DNA of 64,000 nucleotides from Anaerohalosphaeraceae bacterium (lineage in GTDB: Bacteria; Planctomycetota; Phycisphaerae; Sedimentisphaerales; Anaerohalosphaeraceae). Position numbers and translations under genes: made by a program. Location: assembly GCA_963675525.2 (NCBI GenBank), contig CAXXSL010000020.1, positions 135,974-199,973 on the forward strand. The letters are read 5' to 3'. Under the pieces are notes generated by a model that saw only the letters and a program-made list of their open reading frames with translations, searched no databases and had not been told where the DNA came from. Shown one piece after another: positions 25,798 to 36,570 of the stretch (the stretch's first letter is position 1; the number at the start of each line of letters is the position of its first letter).

Positions 25798-26987
25798 ACC
25801 CAAAATACGTGATCATTATACCGGACGGCGCTGCCGACAATCCGCAGGCATGTTTTGACGGCAAGACCATTATTGAGGCGGCGGATACGCCAAATATGGA
25901 CAGGATTGCACAGGAAGGCCGTCAAGGGATTTGCCGGACGGTGCCGTCGAACATGGCTCCCGGCAGCGATGTGGCCATTATGAGCCTGATCGGCTACGAC
26001 CCCGGCCAGTATTATACCGGGCGGGCTCCCATCGAAGCGGTGGCGATGGATATTCCGCTGGGGTCCGATGACTGGGTCTTTCGCTGCAATCTGGTAACAA
26101 CAGCGGACAATGAAATGGTCGATCACAGTGCCGGTCATATTTCCACCAAGGAAGCATCACAGTTAATTCGTGAACTGTCGGATGCTGTTGGCACTGAAAA
26201 CATCCGGTTCTATACGGGTGTCAGCTATCGTCATCTTTGCGTTATCAGCGGGCAGGACTTCTCGAAAGTCACCACCCAGCCCCCACATGATATGATCGGG
26301 GAAAAAGTTTCAAAGAATCTGCCGAAAGGGAAAAACGCCGAACTCCTGAATACGCTGATCGCTCAATCGGTACAGCTTTTTGAGAATCACCCGGTTAACA
26401 AGGTGCGAACCGATCTGGGCGAGAATTCGGTTTCCACGATTTGGCTTTGGGGGCAGGGACAGAAGGCCCATCTTGAAAAATTCGTCAATAAATACGGAAA
26501 AACGGGCGCGGTGATTACGGCCGTCGATCTGGTGCGCGGTTTGGCAAAACTCATCGGCTTCGATTTGATCGCTGTCGAAGGCGCCACCGGGTACCTGGAT
26601 ACCAATTTCGCCGGCAAAGGCGAAGCGGCGATCGAGGCTTTGGATCAATACGATGTGGTACTGGTGCACGTTGAAGCGCCGGATGAAGCCGGTCACGCCG
26701 GAAATCCCGAACAGAAAAAACTGGCTTTGGAACGGATTGATAAATTTATCGTCGGGCCGGTTTACGAAGCGATTCAGACGTATGATCAATACCGCATTTT
26801 AGTGATGCCGGACCATCCGACCCCGGTTCAGGAACGCTGCCACCTTGCCGAACCGGTACCTTTTGCGATGGCGGGCACCGGCATCAAAGGAATTTTACAT
26901 AAGCCCTTCTGTGAAAGAAACAGCTTTGAATCAGGCTTTGAAATCGGCAACGGCCCTGATTTGATGGAATATTTCCTAAAAATATGA
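25794..26987 (+). CDS. ApgM-like cofactor-independent phosphoglycerate mutase family protein (proposed homoserine-kinase subgroup)
   Basis: IIPDGAAD, PGSDVA, HVEAPDEAGH, MPDHPTP; start overlaps the hom stop codon. Confidence 0.88.
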   Translation: MNPKYVIIIPDGAADNPQACFDGKTIIEAADTPNMDRIAQEGRQGICRTVPSNMAPGSDVAIMSLIGYDPGQYYTGRAPIEAVAMDIPLGSDDWVFRCNLVTTADNEMVDHSAGHISTKEASQLIRELSDAVGTENIRFYTGVSYRHLCVISGQDFSKVTTQPPHDMIGEKVSKNLPKGKNAELLNTLIAQSVQLFENHPVNKVRTDLGENSVSTIWLWGQGQKAHLEKFVNKYGKTGAVITAVDLVRGLAKLIGFDLIAVEGATGYLDTNFAGKGEAAIEALDQYDVVLVHVEAPDEAGHAGNPEQKKLALERIDKFIVGPVYEAIQTYDQYRILVMPDHPTPVQERCHLAEPVPFAMAGTGIKGILHKPFCERNSFESGFEIGNGPDLMEYFLKI

Positions 26988-27078
26988 ATATTTCTATCTT
27001 TTTTTGACTATTTCGATCTTTTCCAATAGAATCAGCGTAAAGATAATTATATTTAATGAATGTGTGAGGGAGTGACAT

Positions 27079-28269
27079 ATGGGTGGAAAATTATTAGTGG
27101 TTTCCTTGTTAGTTTTTCAGGGCTTTTGCCTGGCTGATACCATCCAGCACAAGTCCAAAGATATTGTCTATCACGGCTATGCCACACAGCAGCTGAACAA
27201 TGGGAAAAACATCGTTGTCACACAGGAACAAGGAACGATCGAACTCAATTTGGCCGAATATACGATCGAATTTAATCCGACCGGGCGTAGCAACTTTGTG
27301 TCGTCGCTGAGTATCACCGACGCCATCATGTCTGAACTTCAGACAAAAAAATTTGAAGAGGCCATTGTCGAAGAGGCCAACAAGGGACCGCTGTTTATTC
27401 TGATCCCAATTGATACCCCCGGCGGCCGGGTCGATCTGGCCAAGCAACTTTGCGCAGCGATCACGGGGATTCAGTATTGTCAGACGGTCGCTTATATCAC
27501 AGGCGGTACGAACGGAGGTGCCTTTTCAGCGGGAGCCGCGGTTTCCTTTGCATGTGATAAAATATACATGAATCCGGGAAGCTGCATTGGCGCTGCAACG
27601 ATGATCACCACGTCTGGAGACGGGCACGTTTCCGATATGAAAAAGGCATATGGAAATGCGGTCGGTGAAAAATATGATTCTGCATGGCGTACTTATCTTG
27701 CCTCGCTGGCACAGCAAAACGGTCGTTCCGGCGCCATTGCCAAGGCGATGGCCGATCGAGACATCGAAGTCATTGAAGTCAAACAAAACGGTAAAACACT
27801 GTTTATTGAACCGAAGGACAAAAAAGGCAGCGATGTTCAGGTTCGTGTTGTCTGTCAAAAAGGCAAGCTGCTTACCTTGACCGCCGAAGAAGCCAAAAAT
27901 TGTCAAGTGGCTGACGGAATTGTGGCATCCGGGCAACTGCTGTTATCAGAGGTGGGACAGCCGGATGCCCCTGTTATTGAAAGCCAAAAACTGCTGGACG
28001 CCAAGGAAGAGTTTGACAAAGTTGTTCGAAAATTTACGAAGCTTAATGAAAAGTTGGATTTGAAATTTAAAGAGCTTGAAGCCAAATATGATGCTCAATC
28101 ACTGACCATAAGTCAGGCATTGCGGGATTACGGGGTGATTATCAAGCAGACTGAATATCTCCTGAAACTAAAACGCAGTTACCCTGATATTCCATATGAC
28201 GAAGCTGAAATCGTTGATTTTTTGAATGACATCAAGGCCCGTCACAGTGCCATTAAAGCAATACGATAA
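27079..28269 (+). CDS. Exported ClpP/crotonase-fold (NfeD N-domain-like) protein
   Basis: Signal peptide; IDTPGGRVD, GAFSAGA, IGAAT, GEK...LAQQNGR, KLLTLTAEEA. Confidence 0.75.
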   Translation: MGGKLLVVSLLVFQGFCLADTIQHKSKDIVYHGYATQQLNNGKNIVVTQEQGTIELNLAEYTIEFNPTGRSNFVSSLSITDAIMSELQTKKFEEAIVEEANKGPLFILIPIDTPGGRVDLAKQLCAAITGIQYCQTVAYITGGTNGGAFSAGAAVSFACDKIYMNPGSCIGAATMITTSGDGHVSDMKKAYGNAVGEKYDSAWRTYLASLAQQNGRSGAIAKAMADRDIEVIEVKQNGKTLFIEPKDKKGSDVQVRVVCQKGKLLTLTAEEAKNCQVADGIVASGQLLLSEVGQPDAPVIESQKLLDAKEEFDKVVRKFTKLNEKLDLKFKELEAKYDAQSLTISQALRDYGVIIKQTEYLLKLKRSYPDIPYDEAEIVDFLNDIKARHSAIKAIR

Positions 28270-28298
28270 ATAGCATTTTTTCAATTTGGAGATGAAGA

Positions 28299-29828
28299 AT
28301 GAAGACAAGAACCGGAATTCTGTTTTTTATGATGCTCGGGTGTTTTGTAACGGTGAGTTTTGCCGATACTTTCGTGAACAAGGAAACCGGTGAATCCTTT
28401 TCCGGATTTATGACACAAAAAAGTGACGGCAAAAAAACGCTCATTTACAACGACGATGAAAAGAAACTGACAACAATTAATACAAATGAATATGAGATCA
28501 CGACTAACAGCCAGGGACGCAAGGACAGTGTCATCGTCGTTCCTGTGACACAGTCAGAAGTGCTGGTTTCTCAGGTGGTGGCGGAAAAGATCGCTGAGAC
28601 CATTATCGAAGCGTCCAACAAAGGTCCTCAATTCATCGTTGTCCAGATCGACAGTCCCGGCGGTCGAGCCGATTATATGAAAATCATTTCCACCGCCATT
28701 ACGCAAACGAAGAACTGCCCTGTTGTCGCTTTCATTGACGGCCAACAATATGGTGGGGCTTTTTCCACCGCTGCCATCATTGCCCTGGCTTGTGAAAAAG
28801 TCTATATTGCTCCGACGGCATCGATGGGGACCGTCGGACCGATTACAGGGCCTGCGCTTACGGACGAGGACTATGCAAGCTACCTTTCATTGTATAATCC
28901 GTATACATTTGAATATAATAGCATTGCGGAATATCGCCATCGGCCCAAGATCCTCGCAGAAGCACTGGTCAACAGGAAAATATCCGTTATCGAAGTTACG
29001 AATCTTGACGGCACCCGGGATTTTGTCAAAAAAGATCAACGTCAGCCAACACAAACGGTTGTTCGGACTCTCGCGGAGGGCCTGGACTCCTCTTCGGATC
29101 AAACTGTTTCTTCTGAGGATGTCATAAGAACAACACTCCATTTGACCGCCGCAACAGCCGTGGACGTCGGTCTTGCCGACAAGGTTTTGAATTCCCTGAC
29201 TGATACGCTTTCTGAAATGAATGTCCCACAGGCCCAGTTGACAAAGGCTCCCGGGATTGATAATGTGATCAAGAAGTATTCGGCGGCGAGGCGGAATATC
29301 TCCAAGGCCCTTTCACGGATCGATTGGCTTGAAGACCGAACGTCACTGCTTGAAGAACAATTTAAGGAAATAGAAAAAAATCTCAGAACCGGAACCGTAA
29401 CACGTGAGGTTCAACGGGGTCGAAGCAGACTGCCGGCTAATTATGATGCATATTATTTTGAGCCCAGTACGGTTGCCGATGGTGTCGTCCTTCGGAGCCG
29501 AGATTCATCGCGATACGATCGTAACCGCTCCCGGGGGTCTGAAACCATTATCACAGAGGTTCCGGCAACCGATCTTGAAACGATTCAGCAAGAACTGCTT
29601 GGTGTTCTTGGTGATCTGATTGCCGAATATCGACAGGTTTTGACATTAGCCAGGCGTTGGCCGGGGGGATTGCCGCCGGAAATCCCTTATCAGATGCTGA
29701 CGCAAAACAGCGAATCAGCCAGAGCATTCAGAGATTATCTACTTGATTTGCCTGACTATTATTTTAATCAGCAATCCTCTTCTGATTATTCTGAAGAGCA
29801 AGGTGTAAGTCGCCGATACAGACGCTGA
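28299..29828 (+). CDS. Paralogous exported ClpP/crotonase-fold protein with coiled-coil C-terminus
   Basis: Signal peptide; IDSPGGRAD, GAFSTAA, LHLTAATAVDVGLAD. Confidence 0.72.
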   Translation: MKTRTGILFFMMLGCFVTVSFADTFVNKETGESFSGFMTQKSDGKKTLIYNDDEKKLTTINTNEYEITTNSQGRKDSVIVVPVTQSEVLVSQVVAEKIAETIIEASNKGPQFIVVQIDSPGGRADYMKIISTAITQTKNCPVVAFIDGQQYGGAFSTAAIIALACEKVYIAPTASMGTVGPITGPALTDEDYASYLSLYNPYTFEYNSIAEYRHRPKILAEALVNRKISVIEVTNLDGTRDFVKKDQRQPTQTVVRTLAEGLDSSSDQTVSSEDVIRTTLHLTAATAVDVGLADKVLNSLTDTLSEMNVPQAQLTKAPGIDNVIKKYSAARRNISKALSRIDWLEDRTSLLEEQFKEIEKNLRTGTVTREVQRGRSRLPANYDAYYFEPSTVADGVVLRSRDSSRYDRNRSRGSETIITEVPATDLETIQQELLGVLGDLIAEYRQVLTLARRWPGGLPPEIPYQMLTQNSESARAFRDYLLDLPDYYFNQQSSSDYSEEQGVSRRYRR

Positions 29829-29856
29829 TTAAAACAGATTCGTTATATCTTCTATT

Positions 29857-29891
29857 AAACAGGCAACCATATCTTGTGGTTGCCTGTTTTT
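29857..29891 (+). terminator. Intrinsic terminator
   Basis: AAACAGGCAACCA-loop-TGGTTGCCTGTTT followed by TT. Confidence 0.8.
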
Positions 29892-30031
29892 ATATGCCTA
29901 CGGATAGAATATTCTTGACCTTTTTAGGGTTTACTCATATCGTATAGTACTTTCTATAATTTTCACTTTCTTAACATGAAGCCGGAAAATTATTATAATC
30001 TCATACAATTCCGGTTTTGAAAGGGGTAAAA

Positions 30032-31666
30032 ATGAATTTCAAGAGCGTTATCAGCGTTTTGGGATTGATTTTGGGGCTGTTGGCCACAGGTTGTACCCAA
30101 ACCCAACAGCCTGCTGTTACAACAGAGGCTATCAATCCCGAACAAAGGGTAGGTTCGGTTTCGAAAATTTACTTTTTTGAGGCGATTCCCGTACGGGGTG
30201 TTGGAATGGTTGCCGGCCTCCCCGGAACCGGTTCTTCGGAATGTCCCCGGGAAGTACGAAATGAACTGGAAAAATATATCCGCAAACAGGTACCTGCTAA
30301 CGGAACAATTAATCCGCGTAATTTTATAGAAAGCAGTAGCACCGCAGTGGTAGAGGTTTTCGGGGTCATTCCTGCTTTCGCATCCGAAAATGAACCTTTT
30401 GATATTGCGGTTCGTCCGCTTTCAAGTTCTCAGACCACCTCTCTAGATGGCGGGTACTTGTACACAACAGAGTTAAAAGAATTGAACAGGCTCCTTCGAA
30501 TTGATCAATTCTCCAGTTTCTCTAAAACACTTGGAACTGCGGAAGGACCAATCTACTCCTCAGCCGGCGAAACTAAAAGCTGGTATGTGTTAGGCGGAGC
30601 CAAATCCATAAAAACCCCTAAAATCACACTGGTCCTGAACAATCCAGACTTTCTCGTAGCCAGCGCCATCCGTAATCGCATCAGTGAACGATTTGGTTCA
30701 AAAACTGCAATTGCTCTTTCCGAAGCCGAAATACTGCTTCGGGTTCCAGCCCGATATCAGCATCAAAAGGAGCATTATTTGCAAATGATCCAGTCTCTCA
30801 TGCTGGGCGACAATCCGGGAATAAAAGAAAAACGCATTCGCGAACTTGTTCAACAGCTTCTTACAGAGTCGAATAAGGAAAACCCTGTAACCGCTCTTGA
30901 AGCGATTGGCAAAACGGCAATGGACCCTCTGGCTGAATGTCTTGAGCATCCGGATGAGTCCGTTCGATTTTATGCCGCACGTTGTATGCTGACGGTCGGC
31001 GATAAACGTGCCCTTTCGCCGCTTCGTAATATACTCATGACTCCGGCAAGTCCGTTCAAGACGGCGGCTGTTGAAGCCATTGGTCGAAACGCCAAACCAA
31101 CCGATGCCCGCGCCATCTTAATGGTTGCATTAGAGGATCAGGACTTTCAGGTGCGTTTAAAAGCGTATGAAGTTATGCTGTCTTTAAACAGCCCGGTGAT
31201 TGAACGAAAAAATATTGCCGGTAATTTTGTCGTTGACAGCGTTACTACCTCCGGCCCCAAGGTCATCTATGTCTACCAGCAAAAAACACCTCGCATCGTT
31301 TTGTTCGGCAGTCCGTTTTATTGTCGACAGAATCTTTTTGTCCAGTCCGATGACGGCACGATTACCATTAACGCCAAACCGGAAGACAAATTTATGTCCC
31401 TGTCGCGAAAGCATCCGCAGCGGCCTCGTGTAATCGGGCCGATCAACTCGGGATATGAAGTTAGCAGCCTCATCGAATCTCTGGGGTTACCAGCAGAGAC
31501 AAACAGTCGAACTAATCTTCGAGCCGGACTGGCCGTTTCATATGCGGAAATTATTCCACTTATGAAGAAAATGTGCGAAATAAACGCTATTTCGGCAGAA
31601 TTTATCGCAGAACCACCGATTATACTGGATCCGGCATTACAGAATTTGCCGCCAATCGGCCGATAA
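30032..31666 (+). CDS. Lipoprotein with FlgI (P-ring)-like N-domain and HEAT repeats
   Basis: Lipobox ATGC; VRGVGMVAGLPGTGS, FDIAV..TSLDGGYLYTTEL; HEAT-like VRFYAARCM and VRLKAYE. Confidence 0.72.
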   Translation: MNFKSVISVLGLILGLLATGCTQTQQPAVTTEAINPEQRVGSVSKIYFFEAIPVRGVGMVAGLPGTGSSECPREVRNELEKYIRKQVPANGTINPRNFIESSSTAVVEVFGVIPAFASENEPFDIAVRPLSSSQTTSLDGGYLYTTELKELNRLLRIDQFSSFSKTLGTAEGPIYSSAGETKSWYVLGGAKSIKTPKITLVLNNPDFLVASAIRNRISERFGSKTAIALSEAEILLRVPARYQHQKEHYLQMIQSLMLGDNPGIKEKRIRELVQQLLTESNKENPVTALEAIGKTAMDPLAECLEHPDESVRFYAARCMLTVGDKRALSPLRNILMTPASPFKTAAVEAIGRNAKPTDARAILMVALEDQDFQVRLKAYEVMLSLNSPVIERKNIAGNFVVDSVTTSGPKVIYVYQQKTPRIVLFGSPFYCRQNLFVQSDDGTITINAKPEDKFMSLSRKHPQRPRVIGPINSGYEVSSLIESLGLPAETNSRTNLRAGLAVSYAEIIPLMKKMCEINAISAEFIAEPPIILDPALQNLPPIGR

Positions 31667-31725
31667 TATACAAGTTGAGGTACATGAAAAGAACGCAGAA
31701 ATGACCCTCTGAGGAAAATAGTTGC

Positions 31726-34700
31726 ATGAAACTTGAGAAAATCATCATCAATGGATTTAAAAGCTTTGCCGATAAAACAGAACTTAAAATCAGCCACCCC
31801 ATCACGGCAATTGTCGGACCAAACGGTTGCGGCAAAAGCAATGTCGTCGATGCGATCAAATGGGTATTGGGCAGTCGAAGTCCCAAAAGCCTCCGAAGCG
31901 ATCAAATGGCCGACGTCATCTTCAGCGGCTCCGGCAGCCGCAAACCCAGCGGAATGGCGGAAGTCTCCCTTCTCTTTTCAGATGTCAGGAAACTGGGGCT
32001 TGAACAGGACGAGCTTCAAATATCGCGACGGCTTTTCCGCAGCGGTGAAAGTGAATACCTGATCAACAACAAATCTTCCCGCTTAAAGGACATTCGTGAA
32101 TTGTTTATGGATACCGGAATCGGTGTCAGTGCCTATTCGATCATTGAACAGGGCCAGATTGATCAGTTGCTGAAGGCATCCACCCAGGATCGCAGGGTCA
32201 TATTTGAGGAAGCGGCCGGCATCAGCAAATATAAATCACATAAAGTAGAGGCAATGCGAAAGCTTGAACGTACTGAGCAGAATCTGCTTCGTCTGGCCGA
32301 CATTGTTAATGAAGTTCAAAAGCAGTTGCGAAGCATTAAATTGCAAGCCGGAAAAGCCCGCAATTATCTTGAATACAGTAACCGCTTAAAAGAGTTGCGT
32401 GTTAACTACTCACTGTCTGAATACGACCGGATCGTCACACGTCGCAGCGAAAAACAGGCGTCACTGTCAACATGGAAAGATCAGTTCGGTGAAGTGGCGG
32501 CGAATGTTTCACGCTGTGATGCCGCGGTCAGCCGGCTATCCACGTCACTGCTTGAAACAGAAGGACAGATCAATCGGTGGGATAATACCCTGATCTCGGC
32601 ACGCAGCCGAATCGAGCAGCAGACCGATCGAATCGGTTTTTTGAAACATCGCATTGAAGAACTTGCAGAACGCAAGAAAAAAGCGGTCGAGCAGGCGGCC
32701 AATCTGAATGAGCAAACCCATCAGTTTTCAAACCAACTTGGAACCTGCCAAAAAGAACAAGCCGGTATCCAGTCAGAGGTGGAAGAAAGATCTCGCCAGC
32801 TTCACGAAGCCGAGGAACAGATTACCCGGATCAATTCACGATGCGCCGAGCTTCAGGCTCAACTGGAAGACGAGAAATCGGGGATTATTGATATTGTTCG
32901 GCGAACGGCCCAGTTGCATAATGAGGTCGCCAGCCTGAGCAGTTATCGCGATAATCTATCCGGACGGAAAATGCGGTTGGCTGGAAAAGCAGAAGAAACG
33001 GAAACCCAGTTGACCGAATGGCTCACTGATAAAGCACAGCAGCAGGCTAAACTTGAAGATGTTCGTTCGGTTCTTTCCGATTTACAGGAAAGCCTGGACG
33101 CTAAACGCAGTGAAATGGAGCAGATCGGGGACCAACGCGGACGAATCCTTGAGGCAATTGCCTCGTTCAAGGAAAATCGAAGCGCTCTTGCCAGCGAGCT
33201 GAATGTGTTAAGCGACATGGAGGCAAAACGTCAGGGTCTCAATGAGGCGATTAAAGATATCCTGACATCCGAATCGCAAAAACGCGATTATATTGAGGGC
33301 ATTGTTGCGGATGTTGTTATTGCGGATCCGCAATACGCTCCGGCGGTCGAAGCGGCCCTTGAAGGATTAACGGACGCCTTGCTGGTTAACAGCACCGGCC
33401 AATTTCTGAAGGACCACGAACTGCAGAACAAGCTGGACAGCCGCATACGAGTGATCTGCATGGATCGTATCGTGCCATACATTGACCGTGCTAACTTGTC
33501 GGATGTGCCGGGGGTTCTGGGAAGATTGGTGGAATTTGTTCGATATGACAGTCCGTTCAGCCAGACTGTTTGGAATCTGCTGGGTCGGGTTTTACTCGTT
33601 GAATCGCTGGATGTGGCGGTTGGCCTTTCCGGGCGTTTGGACAGCGACTATCGTTATGTCACCCTTGAAGGACAAGTTTTTTACGGCGGGCATCTTCTAA
33701 ATGTCGGACCTGTTGGTAAAAACATCGGCTTGATTTCCCGCAAAAGCCGTATCCAGGAACTACAGGCCGACATCCAACAACTGAATGAGAAAATTTCTGA
33801 AAATACGGCTCAACTGGAAGAAACCGAGCATCAGAACGAACACCTGAGTCATCTGTGCAAAGACCTGCGGACCAGTATTTATGAAGCGACGACTGAAAAG
33901 GTCGATTCTGAATCCAGGTTTCGCGTGCTTGAAGAAAAGATCCGCCGCCTGAAAGATGAGCAGCCGATCATCGCCGGCGAGATCGGGATGCTTGAAGAAG
34001 AAATCCAGCAATCCGTCCAGAAGGAACGGTCCTCACAACAAAAGCTGGAGGAACTGGAACAGATCAACACACAGCGAAACGAACACATTCAACAGTTGCA
34101 GTCCTCTTTTGAGGAAGAACAGCAAATCCAGCGAAGCCGCAGCGCAGAATTGACGGAGCTGAAGGTTCATCTGGGGCAGGTCAGAGAAAAGCAGAAATCG
34201 ATTCAGCAACAGATCGCCGCCGTTCAAAGTCAACTGCATCACAGCAGGATGGCCATTGAATCGGCCCGGACCGAGTCACATGCCTGCGACGAACAGATTG
34301 AACAGACCGAACGAAATATACTCGCCGCAGAGTCTCGTATCTCGGAACTGTATCTTGAAAAAGAACAGGCCCAGAAACACAGTGTTCAACTGCATCGGGA
34401 TGTTGACAATTTAATGTCCCAAAAGAAACAGAATGAAGAAGACCTGCGACAGTATCGGTCCAGACAGGCCGAAGTCGAAGAAAATATTCATCAGTTCGAA
34501 CTTGAATTGAGTCAGCTCCAGGTCAAGGAAGAGGACTTGACTGTGCGTGTGCGTGAAGAACTGCAGATCGAACTTTCCGAGGCGTACCGGAACTTCGAGC
34601 AAGCCGATGTGGACTGGGAACAGGTTCGTCAGGAAATTGCCGACCTCCGCGGAAAGATCGAGCGACTGGGCAATGTCAATGTCGATGCGATCGACCAGCA

Positions 34701-35292
34701 GATCGATCTTGAACAACGCCATGAATTTCTTGCTTCGCAGGTCGAAGACCTGCATAACAGTAAATCTCAACTGGAGCAGTTGATCGCCCGCATCAATAAA
34801 GAAAGCCGGGAAAAGTTCCAGGTTACATTTGAACAGATCCGGGAGAATTTTCAGCAGATATTCCGTAAGCTCTTTGGCGGCGGAAAAGCCGACATTATTC
34901 TTGAAAACCCGGAAGATATTCTCGAAAGCGGCATTGAGATCGTCGCGCGTCCTCCGGGCAAGGAAACCCGCACGATCAGTCTTCTCAGCGGCGGCGAAAA
35001 AACGATGACCGCCATCGCCCTGCTGTTTTCTGTCTTTAAGAGCAAGCCTTCTCCCTTCTGTGTACTCGATGAGGTTGATGCGGCATTGGATGAGGCAAAT
35101 AATGAACGCTTCAACCTGATCGTTCAGGAATTCCAAAAGCAGTCGCAGTTCGTCATTATTACACACTCCAAACGCACGATGAGCATCGCCGATGTCCTCT
35201 ATGGTATTACGATGCAGACCCAGGGTGTCAGTAAGAAGATTAGTGTCCAGTTTGAAGGCTCGGGCGATGATGCAGAAGCGGCTGTCGCATAA
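31726..35292 (+). CDS. smc: Chromosome partition protein SMC
   Basis: GFKSF, GPNGCGKSN Walker A, coiled coils and hinge, LSGGEK signature, LDEVDAALD. Confidence 0.97.
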   Translation: MKLEKIIINGFKSFADKTELKISHPITAIVGPNGCGKSNVVDAIKWVLGSRSPKSLRSDQMADVIFSGSGSRKPSGMAEVSLLFSDVRKLGLEQDELQISRRLFRSGESEYLINNKSSRLKDIRELFMDTGIGVSAYSIIEQGQIDQLLKASTQDRRVIFEEAAGISKYKSHKVEAMRKLERTEQNLLRLADIVNEVQKQLRSIKLQAGKARNYLEYSNRLKELRVNYSLSEYDRIVTRRSEKQASLSTWKDQFGEVAANVSRCDAAVSRLSTSLLETEGQINRWDNTLISARSRIEQQTDRIGFLKHRIEELAERKKKAVEQAANLNEQTHQFSNQLGTCQKEQAGIQSEVEERSRQLHEAEEQITRINSRCAELQAQLEDEKSGIIDIVRRTAQLHNEVASLSSYRDNLSGRKMRLAGKAEETETQLTEWLTDKAQQQAKLEDVRSVLSDLQESLDAKRSEMEQIGDQRGRILEAIASFKENRSALASELNVLSDMEAKRQGLNEAIKDILTSESQKRDYIEGIVADVVIADPQYAPAVEAALEGLTDALLVNSTGQFLKDHELQNKLDSRIRVICMDRIVPYIDRANLSDVPGVLGRLVEFVRYDSPFSQTVWNLLGRVLLVESLDVAVGLSGRLDSDYRYVTLEGQVFYGGHLLNVGPVGKNIGLISRKSRIQELQADIQQLNEKISENTAQLEETEHQNEHLSHLCKDLRTSIYEATTEKVDSESRFRVLEEKIRRLKDEQPIIAGEIGMLEEEIQQSVQKERSSQQKLEELEQINTQRNEHIQQLQSSFEEEQQIQRSRSAELTELKVHLGQVREKQKSIQQQIAAVQSQLHHSRMAIESARTESHACDEQIEQTERNILAAESRISELYLEKEQAQKHSVQLHRDVDNLMSQKKQNEEDLRQYRSRQAEVEENIHQFELELSQLQVKEEDLTVRVREELQIELSEAYRNFEQADVDWEQVRQEIADLRGKIERLGNVNVDAIDQQIDLEQRHEFLASQVEDLHNSKSQLEQLIARINKESREKFQVTFEQIRENFQQIFRKLFGGGKADIILENPEDILESGIEIVARPPGKETRTISLLSGGEKTMTAIALLFSVFKSKPSPFCVLDEVDAALDEANNERFNLIVQEFQKQSQFVIITHSKRTMSIADVLYGITMQTQGVSKKISVQFEGSGDDAEAAVA

Positions 35293-35325
35293 GTAGAACG
35301 TTCCTTTTATATCACGAACTAAATC

Positions 35326-36552
35326 ATGAGCAAACTCGATATCCACAAACTTCAGAACGGTATGGTGATTCTCGGCGAACGGATCGACGATGTCCGATCA
35401 GTTTCGTTTCACTTTCTGCTTCCGGCGGGTTCGTCACTGATGCCGGATGGATGCTGCGGTGCGGGAACCGTCATCAGTGACTGGTTATTTCGCGGCGCCG
35501 GTGACCGCGACAGCCGGGAATTGAGCGACGCACTTGACGGTCTTGGCATTCACCGCCACACATCGGTCTCAGCAAAACACCTGGACCTGTCCGGTTCCAT
35601 GGAAGCGGGAAGCCTTTCTGACGCTCTGAAACTGTATGCAGATGTTATTCTTCGCCCGAAATTGAATGCAGATCAATTCGAATTTTCGCGTCAGCAGACC
35701 ATTAATGAATTGCACGGTCTCGATGACGACCCTCGTGAAAAAGTCATGCTTTGTCTCGCCGAGCAATTCTATCCGGATCCCTATGGCCGTCCGGCAATGG
35801 GAAAACTGCCGGAACTTCAGTCATTGACAACCCCAAAAACAGCCACCATTGTTAAAGACTGTTTTCATCCTTCCCAAATGATCTTCTCGATTTGCGGCCA
35901 CTACGATTTTGATGCCGTTTGCCGTCAAATGGAAACACTTTTTGACGGAGGTTCAGAATTTAAACCGCCTGTCATAACACCAAAGCACAAGGGGAATTCG
36001 TATCTGCACCTGCCCGGAGAGGGAGCGCAGGTTCATATCGGGTTAATGACGGAAGTGCCGCCTATCGGTTCCGGTTGCTATTATGAACTCATGGCCGCGG
36101 TTTCCATCTTATCCGGCAGCATGAGCAGCAGGCTCTTTACGGAGGTCCGTGAAAAGCGAGGCCTGTGTTATGCGGTGGGAGCCCGTTACCGCACGTTAAA
36201 AGAATATGCGGGCATTTCCTGTTACGCCGGGACAACCCCGGATAAGGCGCAGGAAACATTTAATGTAATTGTTGAACAGTTTAACCAGCTTCGGATGGGC
36301 ATCACAGACGATGAAATGCAGCGAGCAAAGGTTGGCTTAAAAACATCGCTTATCATGCAATGCGAATCTACCAACAGTCGTTCGGGGGGGATTGCCGGTG
36401 ACTATTGTCTGCTGGGACATGTTCGGAGCCTCGAAGAAATCCGGGATAAAATCGCAGCGATGAAAATCGATGATATCACAACAACTCTTCAGGAGAACCC
36501 TTTTGAAGAGTATACCGTTGTAACGATCGGCCCAAAAGAAATCACAATTTGA
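35326..36552 (+). CDS. M16 family peptidase, non-catalytic subunit
   Basis: M16 fold with SSRLFTEVREKRGLCY; lacks HXXEH. Confidence 0.88.
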   Translation: MSKLDIHKLQNGMVILGERIDDVRSVSFHFLLPAGSSLMPDGCCGAGTVISDWLFRGAGDRDSRELSDALDGLGIHRHTSVSAKHLDLSGSMEAGSLSDALKLYADVILRPKLNADQFEFSRQQTINELHGLDDDPREKVMLCLAEQFYPDPYGRPAMGKLPELQSLTTPKTATIVKDCFHPSQMIFSICGHYDFDAVCRQMETLFDGGSEFKPPVITPKHKGNSYLHLPGEGAQVHIGLMTEVPPIGSGCYYELMAAVSILSGSMSSRLFTEVREKRGLCYAVGARYRTLKEYAGISCYAGTTPDKAQETFNVIVEQFNQLRMGITDDEMQRAKVGLKTSLIMQCESTNSRSGGIAGDYCLLGHVRSLEEIRDKIAAMKIDDITTTLQENPFEEYTVVTIGPKEITI

Positions 36553-36570
36553 AACGGCATTCGATAAAAT

